From Thermoleophilia bacterium (GTDB lineage: Bacteria > Actinomycetota > Thermoleophilia > Gaiellales > SKUG01): a DNA stretch of 38,148 nt. The position numbers and the translations under genes are program-made. The stretch covers positions 1 through 38,148 of the forward strand of contig JAOPYS010000211.1 of the NCBI GenBank assembly GCA_025964465.1, written 5' to 3'. Of this stretch, positions 11,601 through 26,600 are shown piece after piece; position 1 is the stretch's first letter; each line of letters starts with the position of its first letter. A model generated the notes under the pieces. It was not told where the DNA came from. It saw nothing but the letters and a program-made list of their open reading frames with translations, and did no database searches.

Positions 11601-14600
11601 GACACGACGACGGCCGACGGCTTCTGCTACCACTACCAGCTGCGCGTCACCGACCGCGTGGGCAACGTCGCCACCTACAACAGCACGGGGCCGACGGAGG
11701 AGCGCGTCGATCGCTCGCCCCCGAGCGGCAACGTCAACAGCGCGCCGGTCGGCCCTGCCAGCGGCGCCGTGCCGCTCACGGGCGTCTCGTCCGACGGCGC
11801 CAGCGGCATCAACTACGTCGACGTCACCTACAGCGGCCCGGCGAGCGGCTCGATCTGCGCGTCGCAGCCCGCCAACTGGTCGTGCTCGTGGGCGACCGGC
11901 CTGCTGCCGCAGGGCGTCTACACGATCACCGCGACGATCCGCGACCTGGCCGGCAACGTGTACGTCACGTCGCGGACGCTCACGATCGACAACACGCCGC
12001 CGAGCATCGCGTTCGCGTCGTTCACCGAGGGCACCAACCCGAACTACCAGTTCGCGGTCGGCTCCACGATGTACTACAACCCGGCCGGCACGGGCGGGTT
12101 CAGCGTCGGCATGAACGCCACCGACGCCGGCAGCGGCATGCAGCGCGTCGACTTCCCCGCCCTCGGCGCCGGATGGCTTCCCGGCGGCACCCAGAGCGCG
12201 ACCATCCCCGCCGGCACGATCTACAGCGGTGCCTACAGCTGGAGTGCCACGCCCACCCCGCCCGGCACGAAGTCAGCCACGGCGTTCGACGTCGCGGGCA
12301 CGTCCGCCACCGCCGGCTTCACCGTCACGCCCGACACGTCCGCCCCGTCGGGCGGCTCGGTGTCGAGCCCGACCGTGATCCAGACCACCGCTGCCGTGAC
12401 GGTCACGTTCGGCACCGGCGGCGACACGGGATCCGGCGTCGGCTTCTGGCAGGTCCAGCGCCGCGCCACGGCCTACTCCAACGGCGTCTGTGCCACGGGC
12501 GCGTGGCTGCCCTGGGGCCCGCTCGTCGCGTCCAACAACGCGCCGGGATCCACCTTCGTCGACACGACCGTCGCCGACGCCACCTGCTACGAGTACCGCC
12601 TCGAGGTCCGCGACAACGTCGACAACATCATGACCGTGCCGGCGACGGGCATCACGCCGGTCGACCTGACCAACCCGAACGGCGCGATCGATCCGGGCAC
12701 GCCCGCCAGCCCGTTCAGCGGCACGGTCTCGGTCATCGGCACGGCGTCCGACGCGGCGTCCGGCGTGCAGAGCGTCGCGGTGACGTACTCGGGCCCGGCG
12801 TCGGGCACGATCTGCCCCACGGCCACGGCGCCCGGCGGCAACTGGACGTGCTCCTGGCCCACCGGCGGCCTCGCCGACGGCACGTACACGCTCACGCTCG
12901 TCGTCCGCGACAACGCGGGTCGGTTCAGCGCGCCCACCACCCGCGTGGTCGTCGTCGACAACCTCGCCCCGGTCATCGCCTTCAAGGCGTTCGCCGAATC
13001 GAGCGGTGCGATCTACCAGTATCCGAACTCCAGTGCACCACTGAACAAGATCTATGTCAACACCGCGCAGACCGGCACCACGCAGGTGCAGTTCACGGTG
13101 ACCGACGGCGGCACCGGCGTGCAGGACCTCGCCTTCCCGGGGCTGGGCAGCAACTGGAGCGCGGGCGGCGCCGACAGCACGGTGACGGCGCCCAACCAGT
13201 ACGACTGGAACTACACGTGGACCGCCGGCGCCGCCGATCCGGGCGTCAAGACGGTGACGGCCCGTGACAACGCCAACAACACGTCGACCTCCACCTTCAT
13301 CGTCGAGTCCGACATCACGGCGCCCGGCGGCGGCGGCCTGACCGTCCCCAACACGACCAGCAACAACGCGAGCCCGACGATCGCCATCTCGGCCAGCTCC
13401 GACACGCAGTCGGGCATCTTCACGACGGTCCTGGAGCGCCGCTTCGGCCTGCTCTCGCCGAGTGGCTGCGCCGCGCCCGGCGGCTGGACGCCGATCGCCA
13501 CCAACCCGGCTGCCAGCTACGTCGACGGGCCGCTGACCAGCGGGCGCTGCTACGAGTACCACGTCCTGGTCACCGACAACGTCGGCAACGTCCAGACCAT
13601 CCCCTCCGCCTCCGTGTACAAGCTCGACACGCAGGCGCCGACCGGCAACATCAACGTGCTGCCGGCCGACCCGTTCAGCGGCACCGTGACGATCAGCGGC
13701 GACGCCTCCGACGCCCTCACCGGCGTGTCCTTCGTGGACGTCGCCTACGACGGGCCGGGCACCACGGACGGCAACGTGTGCCTCTCCCCCGCCCTCTCCG
13801 CGGCGCCCGATCCGCGCCTGTGGTCGTGCCCGTGGCCGACGCCGCTCGTCGACGGCACCTACATCCTCAGCCTCGTCGTGCACGACCTGGCCGGCAACGT
13901 CAGCGCGCCCTTCACCCGCACGGTGATCGTCGACAACGTGGCGCCGACCATCAGCTTCCTGGACGTGCAGGAGACCGGTGGCAACAACTTCCAGTTCACC
14001 GACGTGCCGGCGGCCAAGCACTACTACAACCCGAACCAGACCGGCACCTTCATCGTCCGCATGAACGCCGCGGACGGCGGCACCGGCGTCAAGCAGGTCG
14101 ACTTCCCGACGCTCGCCGCGCCGTGGACCGGTGGCGGCGTGGACAACACGGGCCCGACGCCCTACACCGCCACGTACGGGTTCTCCGCCGTCACCCTGCC
14201 GAGCCCCGGCCTCCAGAACGCCATCGCCCGCGACAACGCCGGCAACACGGCGACCGCGAGCTTCCAGATCGAGGCCGACTCGGCAGCGCCGACCGGCGGC
14301 TCGATCGTGGTGCCGAACACGATCACCAAGCTGACCTCCGTCACCATCGGCTCGACCGCCAGCTCCGATTCCCAGTCCGGCATCGCCTCGGTGCAGCTGC
14401 AGCGCCGCCAGACCACGTACGCCAACGGCGTCTGTGACACAGCCTCCTGGAGCCTGTTCGCCGACCACGGCCCGGCCAACCCCGGCACCTCCTACACGAG
14501 CACGGTCGCCGGCGGCTTCTGCTACCAGTACCAGCGCGTCGTCACCGACAACGTGGGCAACAAGCAGCTCGACCCGAGCACCAACACGGTCAGCGTCGAC

Positions 14601-17600
14601 ACGCAGGCCCCCAACGGCTCCTTCAACCCGACGCCCGCCGGCCCGATCAGCGGCGCCGCCACCATCACCGGCGTCGCGAGCGATTCCCACAGCGGTGTCG
14701 CGAGCATCGCGCTGACCTATTCCGGTCCCGCCAGCGGCACCATGTGCTCGGCGACGCTCGCCCCGCCGCCGGACCCGCGCGGCTGGACCTGCGCGTGGGA
14801 CACCACGCTGCTCGCCGACGGCACCTACACGATGTCGCTCGTGGTGACCGACATCGCCGGCAACGTGTCCGCCACGGTCACCAAGTCGATGCTCGTCGAC
14901 AACCAGGCGCCGACGGTGACCTTCCTCGACTTCCAGGAGGCGAGCGGCAACGGCTTCCAGCACTGGACCGGTGGCGCCAGCACGAAGCTCTACGTCAACC
15001 CGACCGGCACCGGCCGCACCAACGTGCGCTTCACCGCGACGGACGCCGGCACCGGCATGAACCGCATCGACTACCCGGTCATCGGTGGCGGCTGGACGGC
15101 GGGCGGTTCCGCGGCGGGCGCCGGCCCGACGTTCTCGTTCGGCTACGACTTCGTGGCACCGGTCACCGGCCAGGGCCTCAAGACCGTGACCGCCTTCGAC
15201 AACGCGGGCAACCCGCGGACGGCGACCTTCGACGTGGAGCTCGATTCGCTGCCTCCCGCCGGTGGCTCCATCACCCCGCCCGCGGGCACGGCGACGAGCG
15301 CCACGAACATCACCATCCCGTGGACGACCGCCACCGATTCGCAGTCGCTGCTCGGCTCCACCGAGATCAAGCGCCGCTCCACCACGTACGCCAACGGCGT
15401 CTGCAACGCTGGCGCCTGGACGCTGCCCACCTCGCTCTCGACGACGCCCGCGTCGCCGTACGTCGACACGACCACGTCCAACGGCACCTGCTACGAGTAC
15501 TCGATCATCTTCACCGACAACGTCGGCAATGCGAACACCATCGTGGGCACCAACATCGTGCGCGTCGATCGCACGATCCCGGGCGGCACCTTCAACCCGA
15601 CCCCGGCCTCGCCCTTCGGCGGCACGGTGGCGGTCACCGGCACCTCGTTCGACAACGAGAGCGGCGTCCAGAGCGTCGACGTGACGTACACGGGCGCGGC
15701 GACCGGCAACATCTGCCTGGGCACCACGCCGACCGCGTCCTGGAGCTGCTCGTGGGCCACCGGCGGCGTGCCGGACGGCACCTACATCATGCACCTGACG
15801 GTGAAGGACTTCGCCAACAACACCTACGTGCTGGACAAGACGATCATCGTCGACAACGTCGCTCCGGTCTCGTCCTTCGGCGGGTTCGTCGAGGTGACCG
15901 GCGCCCCGTACCAGTTCGCGCCCACCGGCGGCACGACGATGTACGTCAACCCGGCCCAGAGCGGTGAGTTCACGGTCAACATCAACGCCACCGACGGCGG
16001 CACGGGCATGAACCGGGTCGACTTCCCGACGTTCGCCCCGGCGACGGGCTGGACGCCGCCGGGTGGTTCCGACGCCACCACGCCGTGGTCGCTCAACTAC
16101 CTCTGGTCCGGTCCCGGCGCCGGCCAGCCCGGCACGGTGCAGGCGAAGGCCTACGACAACGCCGGCAACTTCTCGAACGTCTCGTTCCGCGTCGAGAACG
16201 ACACCGCGCCGCCGACGGGTGGCTCGCTGACGCCGCTCAACATCACCACCAACGCTGCCGCCCACGCCGTGGCGTTCACGCTCGGCGCGGATTCGCAGTC
16301 CGGCCTGGGCACCGTGCTGCTGCAGCGCGACGCGGCTCCGTTCTCCGCCGGCACGTGCGGCGCCTTCCCCGGCACGTGGGTGACCATCGCCACCAACCCG
16401 ACCTCGCCCTTCAGCGACACCACCACCGCGACGGGCACCTGCTACAAGTACCAGCTGATCGTCAACGACAACGTCTCCAACCCGCAGACGATCTCGAGCA
16501 CGAACACCTTCCGCGTCGACCGCGTGGTGCCGACCGGCAGCATCGACCCGGCGCCGGCGAGCCCCTTCAGCGGCGTGAAGACCGTCACCGGCATCTCGGG
16601 CGACGCGACGAGCGGCGTGTCCAAGGTCGACGTGCGGTACCTCGGCCCCGCCACCGGCAACGTCTGCCTCGGCCCGGCCAGCCCCACGGCGTGGAGCTGC
16701 AACTGGGACACGACCACGCTCGCCGACGGCACGTACACGCTCGAGCTGACCGTCACCGACAACGCCGGCAACACGTTCGTCACCACGCGCACGCCGATTG
16801 TCGTGGACAACAACCCGCCAGTCGCCACCTTCGTCGGCTTCGTCGAGGGCACCAACGGCGGTTCGCAGTTCGCGGTCGGCTCGACGATGTACGTCAACAC
16901 GAACACCGGCTTCTTCGGCGACTTCTCGGTCGAGGTCGGTGCGACCGATGGCGGCACGGGCGTCAATGGCGTCACCTTCCCGATCAACGGGGCCGGGTGG
17001 ACGCCCGCAGCGCCGGGCACCGACAACTCCGGGCCGTACACGCAGAGCTACGGATGGACGGCCGGCGCGGCAAACCCGAGCCTGCGCACCGCCACCGCGA
17101 CCGACAACGCGGGCAACTCCAGCACCGTGACCTGGACCGTCACGCCCGACAACCTGCCGCCGTCGGGCGCCAGCATCAGCTCCCCGAACGGCACCACCAA
17201 CGCCGCCTCCACCACGGTCACCTTCAACAAGGGCACCGACGGGCTCTCCGGTGTCGGCACGTGGCGCATCCAGCGCGCGATGCGCGGCATCACGGCAGGC
17301 GCCTGCACCGGTGCGTTCAGCTGGGTCGACGTCGGCCCGGTCAACCCGGGCGGCACGACCTGGGCCGATTCGACCATCCCCGACGCCACGTGCGCCAGCT
17401 ACCGCCTGCACGTGATCGACAACGTGGGCAACGAGGTCTTCCAGCCCAACGGCAGCGAGGTGCTGATCGATCGCACCAACCCGACCGGCCTCATCAACCC
17501 GCCGAACCCGACGGGCGTGAGCGGCACGGGCGTGGCGATCACGGGCACCTCGGCCGACGCTGAGAGCGGCATCGCCTTCGTCGACGTGAAGATCCAGGGC

Positions 17601-20600
17601 GTCGCCGGCGCGCCGGGCACCGTCTGCCTCTCGCCGCCGAGCCCGACGAGCTGGAGCTGCAACTGGAACTCGACCCTCGTGCCCGACGGCACGTACGTGA
17701 TCGAGCTGACCGTGCACGACAAGGCCGGCAACACGTTCATCACCACGCAGCCGGTGATCGTCGACAACCTGCCGCCGGTCGTCGGCGTCGCGACGTGGAC
17801 CCCGCAGCTCAACCCGAGCTACCAGTACGTCGCGGCCGCCGCCCCGAGCCTGCTCTGGTTCAACCCGGCCTTCACCGGCTCGGCCCGCCTCGACGTGGCC
17901 GCGTGCGACACGAGCGGCATCGCCGGCGCGACCTTCCCGGACGCCGACGGCGCCGGCTCGCTGTGGGCACCGAGCGGCGGCTCGACCGACACCACGGCCG
18001 ACAACACCTCGGCCGTCTGCCCGGCGGGCCAGGGCGGCGTCCTCTCCGGCACGTACAACTGGTCGGTCGGCGCCACCACCAACGCCGGCTTGAACGTCGT
18101 CGTCACCGACAACGTGCCCAACTCCTCCAGCAAGACGTTCGAGGTGCGCCGCGACAACACGGCACCGACCGGCGGCTCGCTCAACTACTCCTCCGCGCGC
18201 ACGAAGCTCAACAGCTCCGGCAACATCACCTTCGGCTCGGGCACGGACGGGCTCGGCTCGGGCGTGCGCAGCTTCCAGGTCGAGCGCCAGTCCTACACCC
18301 TGCTCGCCGACGCGTGCACGTCGCCCGCGGGCTGGACGCCCGTCGCGCCGGCCAACACGGTCTCCCCCGTCGTCGACACCACCATGGTGGACGGCCACTG
18401 CTACGAGTACCGCCTCGTCGTGACCGACAACGTCGGTAACGTCGCCACGTACGTCGACCTGCAGTCCGACATCGTCCGCTTCGACCAGACGGTGCCGAGC
18501 GGCGCGATCAACCCCACCCCGGCCGGGCCGATCGGTGGCGCCAGCAACGTCTTCACCGGCACGAGCGGCGACGTGCACACCGCGGTCGACCACGTCACCC
18601 TGAGCTGGACGGGCCCGCAGGCGCCCGGCAGCGGCGCGATGTGCGCCGACCCGGTCCCCACCGCGAGCTGGACCTGCACGTGGAACACGACCGGGTTCGC
18701 GGACGGCTCGTACACGATGATCCTCACCGTGTACGACCTGGCCGGCAACATCGGCAACGCCTCGCGCGTCATCACGGTCGACAACCAGCCGCCGATCGTC
18801 GCCTTCGATTCGTGGACGCAGAGCACCAACCCGCAGTGGCAGCACGTCTCCGGCACGCGGCTGTACTTCAACCCGGGCCAGACCGGTGGCGCCCAGCTGC
18901 GCATCCAGGCCAGCGACAGCGGCACGGGCGTCAACCGCGTGGACTTCCCCGACCTCGACGGCGGCCTCTCGCTGTGGACGCCGGGCGCGACGTCCAACTC
19001 GGCCGGCCCCAACCCCTACCTCAACACGTACACGTGGGCGGCCGGCGCCGCCAGCTCGGGCGCGGTCAACGCGGTCGCCTACGACAACGCCGGCAACTCC
19101 TCGACCGTCGGGTTCGACGTGGTCGCGGACGGCGTCGGCCCGACGGGCCAGACGGTCAACCCGCCCAACTCGTTCACCTCCTCCACGACCGCCACCGTGG
19201 CGTTCACCACGGGCTCCGACGCGCTGTCCGGTGTCGGTGGCTGGCGGATCGAGCGCCAGAACGCGCCCCTCACCAATGGCTCGTGCGGGTCCTACCTCGG
19301 CTGGGGCCCGGTCGGCGGGCCCGACCCGAGCTCGCCGTTCGTGGACACCGGCCTGCTCGACGGCACCTGCTACCAGTACCGCCTCCAGGTGACCGACAAC
19401 GTGGGCAACTCGACGCCCGCGACCAGCCTCAACGAGGTCAAGGTCGACACCTCCAAGCCGACCGGCGCGATCAACCCCGCGCCGGCCAGCCCGTGGAGCG
19501 GCAACGCGGTGCCGGTCGCTGCGACCTCCGCGGACACGGGCAGCGGCGTGGCCAATGCGCGCCTCAGCTTCGCGGGCCCGGCCACCGGCACGATCTGCAC
19601 CGAGGCGACCGCGCCGGCCGCCTTCTCCTGCAACTGGAACACGCTCGTCGGGGTGCCCGACGGCACCTACACGATCACGCTGACGGTCACCGACCGCGCG
19701 GGCAACGCCAACAACCCGGGGCCGGCGTACCAGCGCACGGTGCTGGTCGACAACAACGGCCCGGTCATCGCCTTCAACAGCTTCGTCGAGGGTGCCAACC
19801 CGCAGTTCCAGTTCATCAAGGCCGGCACGACGATGTACGTCAACCCGCTCGGCAACGGCGGCTTCGACGTGCTGTTCGACGCAACGGACGCGGGCGCCGG
19901 CGTGAACCGCGTGGACTTCCCCGACCTGGGCCTGAACTGGAGCCCCAGCGGCGGCGGCAGCGACACGACCGGGCCCACCCCCTACTCGCAGACGTACTCG
20001 TTCAACACGGGCAACGTCGCGCCGAGCAACCCGGTCGACCCGATCGTCACCGCGGTCGACAACGCGAGCAACTCGAGCACCGCCACCTTCAAGGTGCTGC
20101 ACGACGCGTCCGCGCCGACCGGTGGCACGCTCAACGTGCCGGCGCTGCTGACCAACGGCACGAGTGCCACCATCGCCTGGACGCCCGGCACCGACGCGCT
20201 GTCGGGCCTCGGCCGCGTCGAGCTGAACCGCCGCCAGCGGCCCTACACCGGTGGCAGCTGCACGGGCGCCTACGGCCCGTTCGCGGTGATCGCCACCAAC
20301 CCCACGCCGAGCTACGCCGACACCACGATCGCGGACGGCTTCTGCTACGACTACTCGCTGACGCAGTACGACAACGTCGAGAACTCCTCCACGACGGTCG
20401 ATCCCGCCGGCGACGTCGTCCGCGTCGACCGCACGCCGCCGAGCGGCACCATCGACCCGCTGCCGGCCGGCCCGTGGAGCAACACGGTGACGATCGGCGG
20501 CACGGCGGTCGACACCAACAGCGGCCTCGTCGACATGGACCTCACGTACGGCACGCCGACCGGCAACGCCTGCCTGAACATGGCGCCCGGCACGCCGTGG

Positions 20601-23600
20601 AGCTGCGTGTTCGACACGCACTCGATGCCGGCCGACGGCACCTACACCTTCACGCTGGTGCTCACCGACGCCGCAGGCAACGTCAACTCCGTGCCGATCA
20701 CGCGCACGGTGCTCATCGACAACGGCGGCCCGACGGTCTCCGCGGTCAAGTGGGTCGAGACCGTGAACCCGCAGTACCAGTACGTGCCGACGCTCGACCT
20801 CACCAAGCTCTGGTTCAACCCGGCGCAGGGTGGCAGCGCGCGCCTCGAGGTGACGGCCACCGATTCCGGCAGCGGCGTGGACCGCGTCGACTTCCCGACC
20901 ATCGGCACGGGCTGGACGCCGGCCGGGGCCACGGACAACTCGGCGCCCAACCCTTACACCAACGACTACACGTGGGTGAGCGGCGCCTCCACGCTCGGCT
21001 CGCGCAACGTCACGGCCGTCGACCTCGCCGGCAACGCCACCACGTCGCCGTTCGTCACGGTGCCCGACCCCAACCTGCCGACCGGCGGCTCGATCAGCTA
21101 CGTCAATGGCTTCACCAACTCCGCCACCCCGACCATCACCTTCACGCCCGGCACGGACGTCGACTCCGGGATCGGGAGCTGGGCGATCTCCCGCGAGACC
21201 ACCTCCCTCACCGCCGGCGTGTGCGGCACGTACGGCGGCGCCACGGTCGTCGGCGGCGCCAACCCGTCCGGCACGACGTTCGCCGACAGCGGCCTGGTCG
21301 ACGGCAGCTGCTACCGCTACAGCCTGATCGTGACCGACAACGTCGGCAACGTGCGGACGTACACCAGCCCGAGCGAGGTCAAGGTCGACACGACCATCCC
21401 GACCGGCGCCATCGACGTCGCCCCGGTCGGCCCCGTCAGCGGCCTCACCGCCTTCACCGGCATCTCCGGCGACGGTGGCAGCGGCGTCAACACGCTGACC
21501 ATGACCTACACGGGGCCGGGCACGGTGCCGCCCTGCACGGTCGCGCTGCCGGCCACGGTCAACCCGTGGAGCTGCGGCATCAACACCGCCAGCTACACCG
21601 ACGGCACCTACACCCTGTCGCTCGTCGTCACCGACCGCGCCGGCAACAACAGCACGCCGTTCACCCGCACCGTGGTGTTCGACAACCTGCCGCCCGCGCT
21701 GAGCTTCTCCAGCTGGGTCGAGACGACCAACTCCCAGTACACGCACCCCGTGGGCAACCGCATGTGGTTCAACGGGGCGCAGAGCGGCGCGTTCGACCTG
21801 TTCATGGGTGCCGTCGACACCGGCAGCGGCGTCGCCAACGTCACCTTCCCGGCGCTGGGTGCCGGCTGGACCCCGGGCGCTCCGTTCGTCGATGCATCGG
21901 CCCCGAGCCCCTACACCGTCTCCTACGCCTTCTCGCCGAGCGCGGCCAACCCCGGCGCGCAGAACGCGATCGGCACCGACGTCGCCGGCAACACGGGCCT
22001 GGGCGCCTTCATCGTCTCGAGCGACACGGCGCCGACGACCGGCTCCTCGCTCAGCTACACGGGCGGCAACACGAGCGCCGCCAGCACGTCGCTGACCTTC
22101 TCGGCCGGCACCGACGGCACGGGGTCGGGCTTTGGCCGCACGCAGCTGCAGCGCCGCGACGCGACGCTCTCCAGCAGCACCTGCACCTCGTGGACCCCGT
22201 TCGCCAACCTCGGCGCCGCGAACGCCCCGTCGCCCTACGTGGACTCGACCACGGCGGACGGCCGCTGCTACGAGTACCAGCTGCTCGTGTTCGACAACGT
22301 GGAAAACATCGAGACGGTGACCCCCGGTACCATCGTGAAGGTCGACCGCACCAAGCCCGTCGGCGCGTTCACGGCGCCGACCGCCGGGCAGTTCATCTCC
22401 GGCACCTTCGCGGTCACCGGCACGCACTCGGACACCGGCAGCGGCGTCGCGACCTTCGACATCACCTACGCCGTGACCAACAGCGGTTCGGTCTGCGCCG
22501 CGCAGACCCAGGCCTCGCCGTTCAGCTGCTCCTGGATCACGCCCGCCGACGGTCCGTATGACCTGACGCTCGTCGTCAAGGACAACGCCGGCAACACGAG
22601 CGTGCCGGTCACCGTCTCGGTGATCGTCGACAACAACCCGCCGACCGTCACGTTCGACAGCTGGCTCGAGGGCACGAACCCGCAATACCAGTTCGCCGCG
22701 GGCAACAAGATGTGGTTCAACCCCGCCAACTCGGGCGACTTCCGCCTCAACATGGCGGCCACCGACACGGGCAGCGGCGTCAACCGCGTCGAGTTCCCGG
22801 CGCTCGGTGCCGGCTGGACCCCCGCCGCGATGTTCGCCGACAACGTCCCGCCGACGCCGTACCAGAGCATGCCGTACGGCTGGACGCCCGGTGCGAGCAG
22901 CCCGGGCGCGAAGACCGCCCTCGGGTTCGACAACGTCGGCAACAGCGCCACCGGGGCCTTCTCCGTGCAGGCCGATTCCGTGCCGCCCTCCGGCGCGACG
23001 ATCAGCTACCCCGGCGGCTGGAGCACGAGCACGACGGTCGGCGTCAACTTCACCACGGGAACCGACCTCGGCGGCTCGGGCATCGGCCACCACCAGCTCC
23101 AGCGGCAGAGCTCACCGCTGGTGGCGGGCGTGTGCACCGCGTACGGCGCATGGGCCAACATCGGCCCGGCGAGCCCGCCCGTGGGCACCCCCTACACCGA
23201 TTCGACCCTCGCCGACGGCTTCTGCTACAAGTACCAGGTCCAGGTCTGGGACAACGTCGAGAACCGCTTCGACCAGGGCGACTCGGCCGAGGTGAAGGTC
23301 GATTCCACCAAGCCGACCGGCACCATCGATCCGCTGCCCGCGTACGTGAGCGGCAACGCGCTCAGCGTCACCGGCACGCACGCCGACGCGGCGAGCGGCG
23401 TGGCGACCTTCTCGGTCACCTACTCCGGCACCGCCACCGGGTCGATCTGCGCGCCGACGGCCGCCGCCAACCCGAGCCCCTGGACCTGCACCTGGGACAC
23501 GACGAACGCGGCGACGCCCGACGGTCCGTATGACATCACCATCACGGTGGTCGACCAGGCCGGCAACATCAGCGTCCCGTTCATCGAGTCGGTCATCGTC

Positions 23601-26600
23601 GACAACGGCCTGCCGACGATCGCGTTCGACAGCTGGGTCGAGGGTGCCAACCCGCAGTTCCAGAACGCGATCGGCAACAAGATGTACTTCAACCCGGCGC
23701 AGACCGGCGCCTTCACGCTGCGCATGGCGGCCACGGATGCCGGCAGCGGCGTGAACCGCGTCGACTTCCCCGCCCTCGGCACGGGCTGGTCGCCCGCGGC
23801 GCCCGCCTCCGACACGAGCGGCCCCTCCCCCTACGACATGGTCTACGCCTGGACCGGCCCGACCCCGGCCGACCCGGGTGCCAAGGTCGCGACCGCGGTC
23901 GACAACGTCGGCAACCAGAAGACCGGTGCCTTCGCGGTCGAGGCGGACTCGACCGCGCCGACCGGCTCGACGATCGTGGCGAACATCCCGCCGAGCGGCT
24001 ACACCAGCGGCGCGTCGGTGGACGTGACGTTCGCGCCTGGCACGGATTCGCAGTCCACCACCGGCGAGTGGCAGCTGCAGCGCCAGCCCGGCACCCTCGC
24101 CGCCGGCACCTGCACGATGAGCGGCTCCTGGGCCAACCTCGGGCCGCTGAGCCCGCCCTCCGGCGTGCCGTACGTCGACTCGTCGATCACCGACGGCCAG
24201 TGCTACCAGTACCGCATCAACGTGCTGGACAAGGTCGGCAACGTCCAGACCGTGACGGCGCCCGGCACGCTCAAGGTCGACCGCACGCCGCCCACCGGCA
24301 CGATCGACACGCCCGTCGGCCCGTTCGTCTCCGGCCCGATCACGATCGGCGGCACCCACGCCGACACGCTCAGCGGCGTCGCGTCGTTCACGCTCACCTT
24401 CACGGGCACGAGCAGCGGCACGGTCACCTGCTCGGGCGCCCAGCCCTCGCCGTGGAGCTGCCCGCTCGTCACCAACTCGATCGCAGAGGGCCTCCACACC
24501 TTCCTGCTCACCGTCACCGACCTGGCCGGCAACGTCAGCGCGCCGATCACCAAGGACCTGACGGTCGACAACCTGCCGCCGACGATCCTGTTCGACCACT
24601 GGGTCGAGAACGGCGGCGCCAACTACGAGTACGCCACCACCGACACGATGTACTACAACCCCGCCGGCGCGGGCTCGTTCACCCTGCACATGACCGCCGC
24701 GGACACCGGCAGCGGCGTCAACCGCGTGGAGTTCCCGGCGCTCGGCACCGGCTGGACGCCCGCCGCCGTCACTCCCGACGCGACCGCCACCGGCACGCCG
24801 GCCACCTTCGACCAGATGTTCACGTGGACGGCGGGCGCCTCGGCCCCGACCGATCCGCAGAACGCGACCGCGTTCGACAACGTCGGGCTCACGGCGACCG
24901 CCGGGTTCCACGTCCTGCCCGACGCGGTCGGCCCCACCGGCGGCGCTGCGGTGTACCCGGCCGCCACGAGCAACGCCGCGACGTTCGACATCGGCATCAC
25001 CAACCCGACCGACGGGCTCTCCGGCCTCGACACCGTGCAGCTCGAGCGCGAGAGCGCGCCGTTCACGGGCGCCGCGTGCGGCACGACCTGGTCGCCGTTC
25101 ACGGCGATCGGCCCGGTCAACCCGACCGGCACGACCGTGACCGACACGACGACGGTCGACGGCTACTGCTACCGCTACCGCCTCCTCACGGTCGACCACG
25201 TCGGCAACGTCTCGACCTTCCCGTCCACGAACGAGATCCGCGTCGACCGCACCGCACCGACCGGGGCGTTCTCGACCTTCGACATGGACGGCCCGGGGCC
25301 GCTCGCCGCCGTGCCGGCGGTGGCGGGCATGTACGTCGGCAACAACTTCGTCATCAACGGCTCGGCGACCGATTCTGGCAGCGGCCTGACGACCGTCGGG
25401 GTGTACGCCACGCCCACGGCCGGCACGGAGTTCGTCATCGAGGACCCCCTCCTGACCGGCCCGAACCCGTGGTCCACGCGCTGGGATTCGCGTGCCAAGC
25501 CCGACGGCGCCTACACGCTCACGGCAAAGGTGCGCGACCTGGCCGGGAACGTCGCCCTCATCACGATCAACGTGATCGTCGACAACACGCCGCCGGCGAC
25601 CGCGCTGCTCGACTTCGTCCCGGGCGCCAACCCGACCTTCCAGTACGCGGACAACGCCAACGACATCCAGTGGTACAACCCGGCCGTCGGCGGCGACTTC
25701 GGCGTCCGCGTCGAGGCCACCGATTCGCCCGGCAGCGGCATGGCGCGCGTCGACTTCCCGGCCATCGCCGCCGGCTGGTCGCCCATCCCGGGCTTCACCG
25801 ACTCCTCGGTCGGCGCGGTCCCGCCCAACTCGTGGGGCGACACCACCAACTACGCGTGGACCCCGACCTCCACGGCCTCCAACGCGACGCCGTACAACGC
25901 GACCGCCTGGGACCTCGCCGGCAACTCTCGAACGGTCGCCTTCTCGGTCAAGCCCGACTCCGTCGCCCCGACCGGTGGCGTCATCTCCTACCCCGGTGGC
26001 TACACCAACGTGGCCAGCGTCGCCGTGAGCGTGACGAGTGGCACGGATGCCGAGTCCGGCCTGCGTGACGCGCAGATCGAGCGCCGCGCCGCGAACCTCG
26101 TCGGCGACGTGTGCTCGACGCCGTACAGCGCATGGGCATCGATCGGCACGCCCATCCTCACGCCGACCGGCACCTTCACCGACACGACGGTCGTCTCAGG
26201 GCGCTGCTACGAGTACCAGGTCGTCGTGAGCGACAACGTCGGCAACCGCACGCCCGCGACGACCGTCGGCCCGACGATCGTCAAGGTCGACACCGACCTG
26301 CCGCTCGGTGGGTTCACCGCACCCGCCGGGCCGAGCGTCTCCGGCGCCGTCCCGGTCACCGGCACCTCCAGCGACGTCACGACGGGCGTCGCCAAGGTCG
26401 AGGTCGCCTACGACGGCCCGGGCGCCAGCGACGGCACGATCTGCACGCTGAACGCCCCGCCCACCACCGTCTCCCCCGGCTGGAGCTGCCCCGCGTGGGA
26501 CACGACCGTGGCGTCGGTCACGCCCGACGGCACCTACGTGCTCACGCTGACGGTCACCGACTTGGCGGGCAACGTCATCGCGTCCCCGAAGCCGACGAAG

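Noticed and set aside
12273-23093. Very long antisense ORFs opposite the giant gene: 3,606 aa at 12273..23093, 2,246 aa at 26196..32936, 927 aa at 7518..10301, 695 aa at 23112..25199 and 620 aa at 2886..4748.
   Set aside because: Their products are Arg/Gly/Ala/Asp/Val-rich, low-complexity and without motifs. They arise because the sense strand's extreme GC3 codon bias removes stop codons from the antisense frames. The sense frame carries all the conserved periodic motifs.
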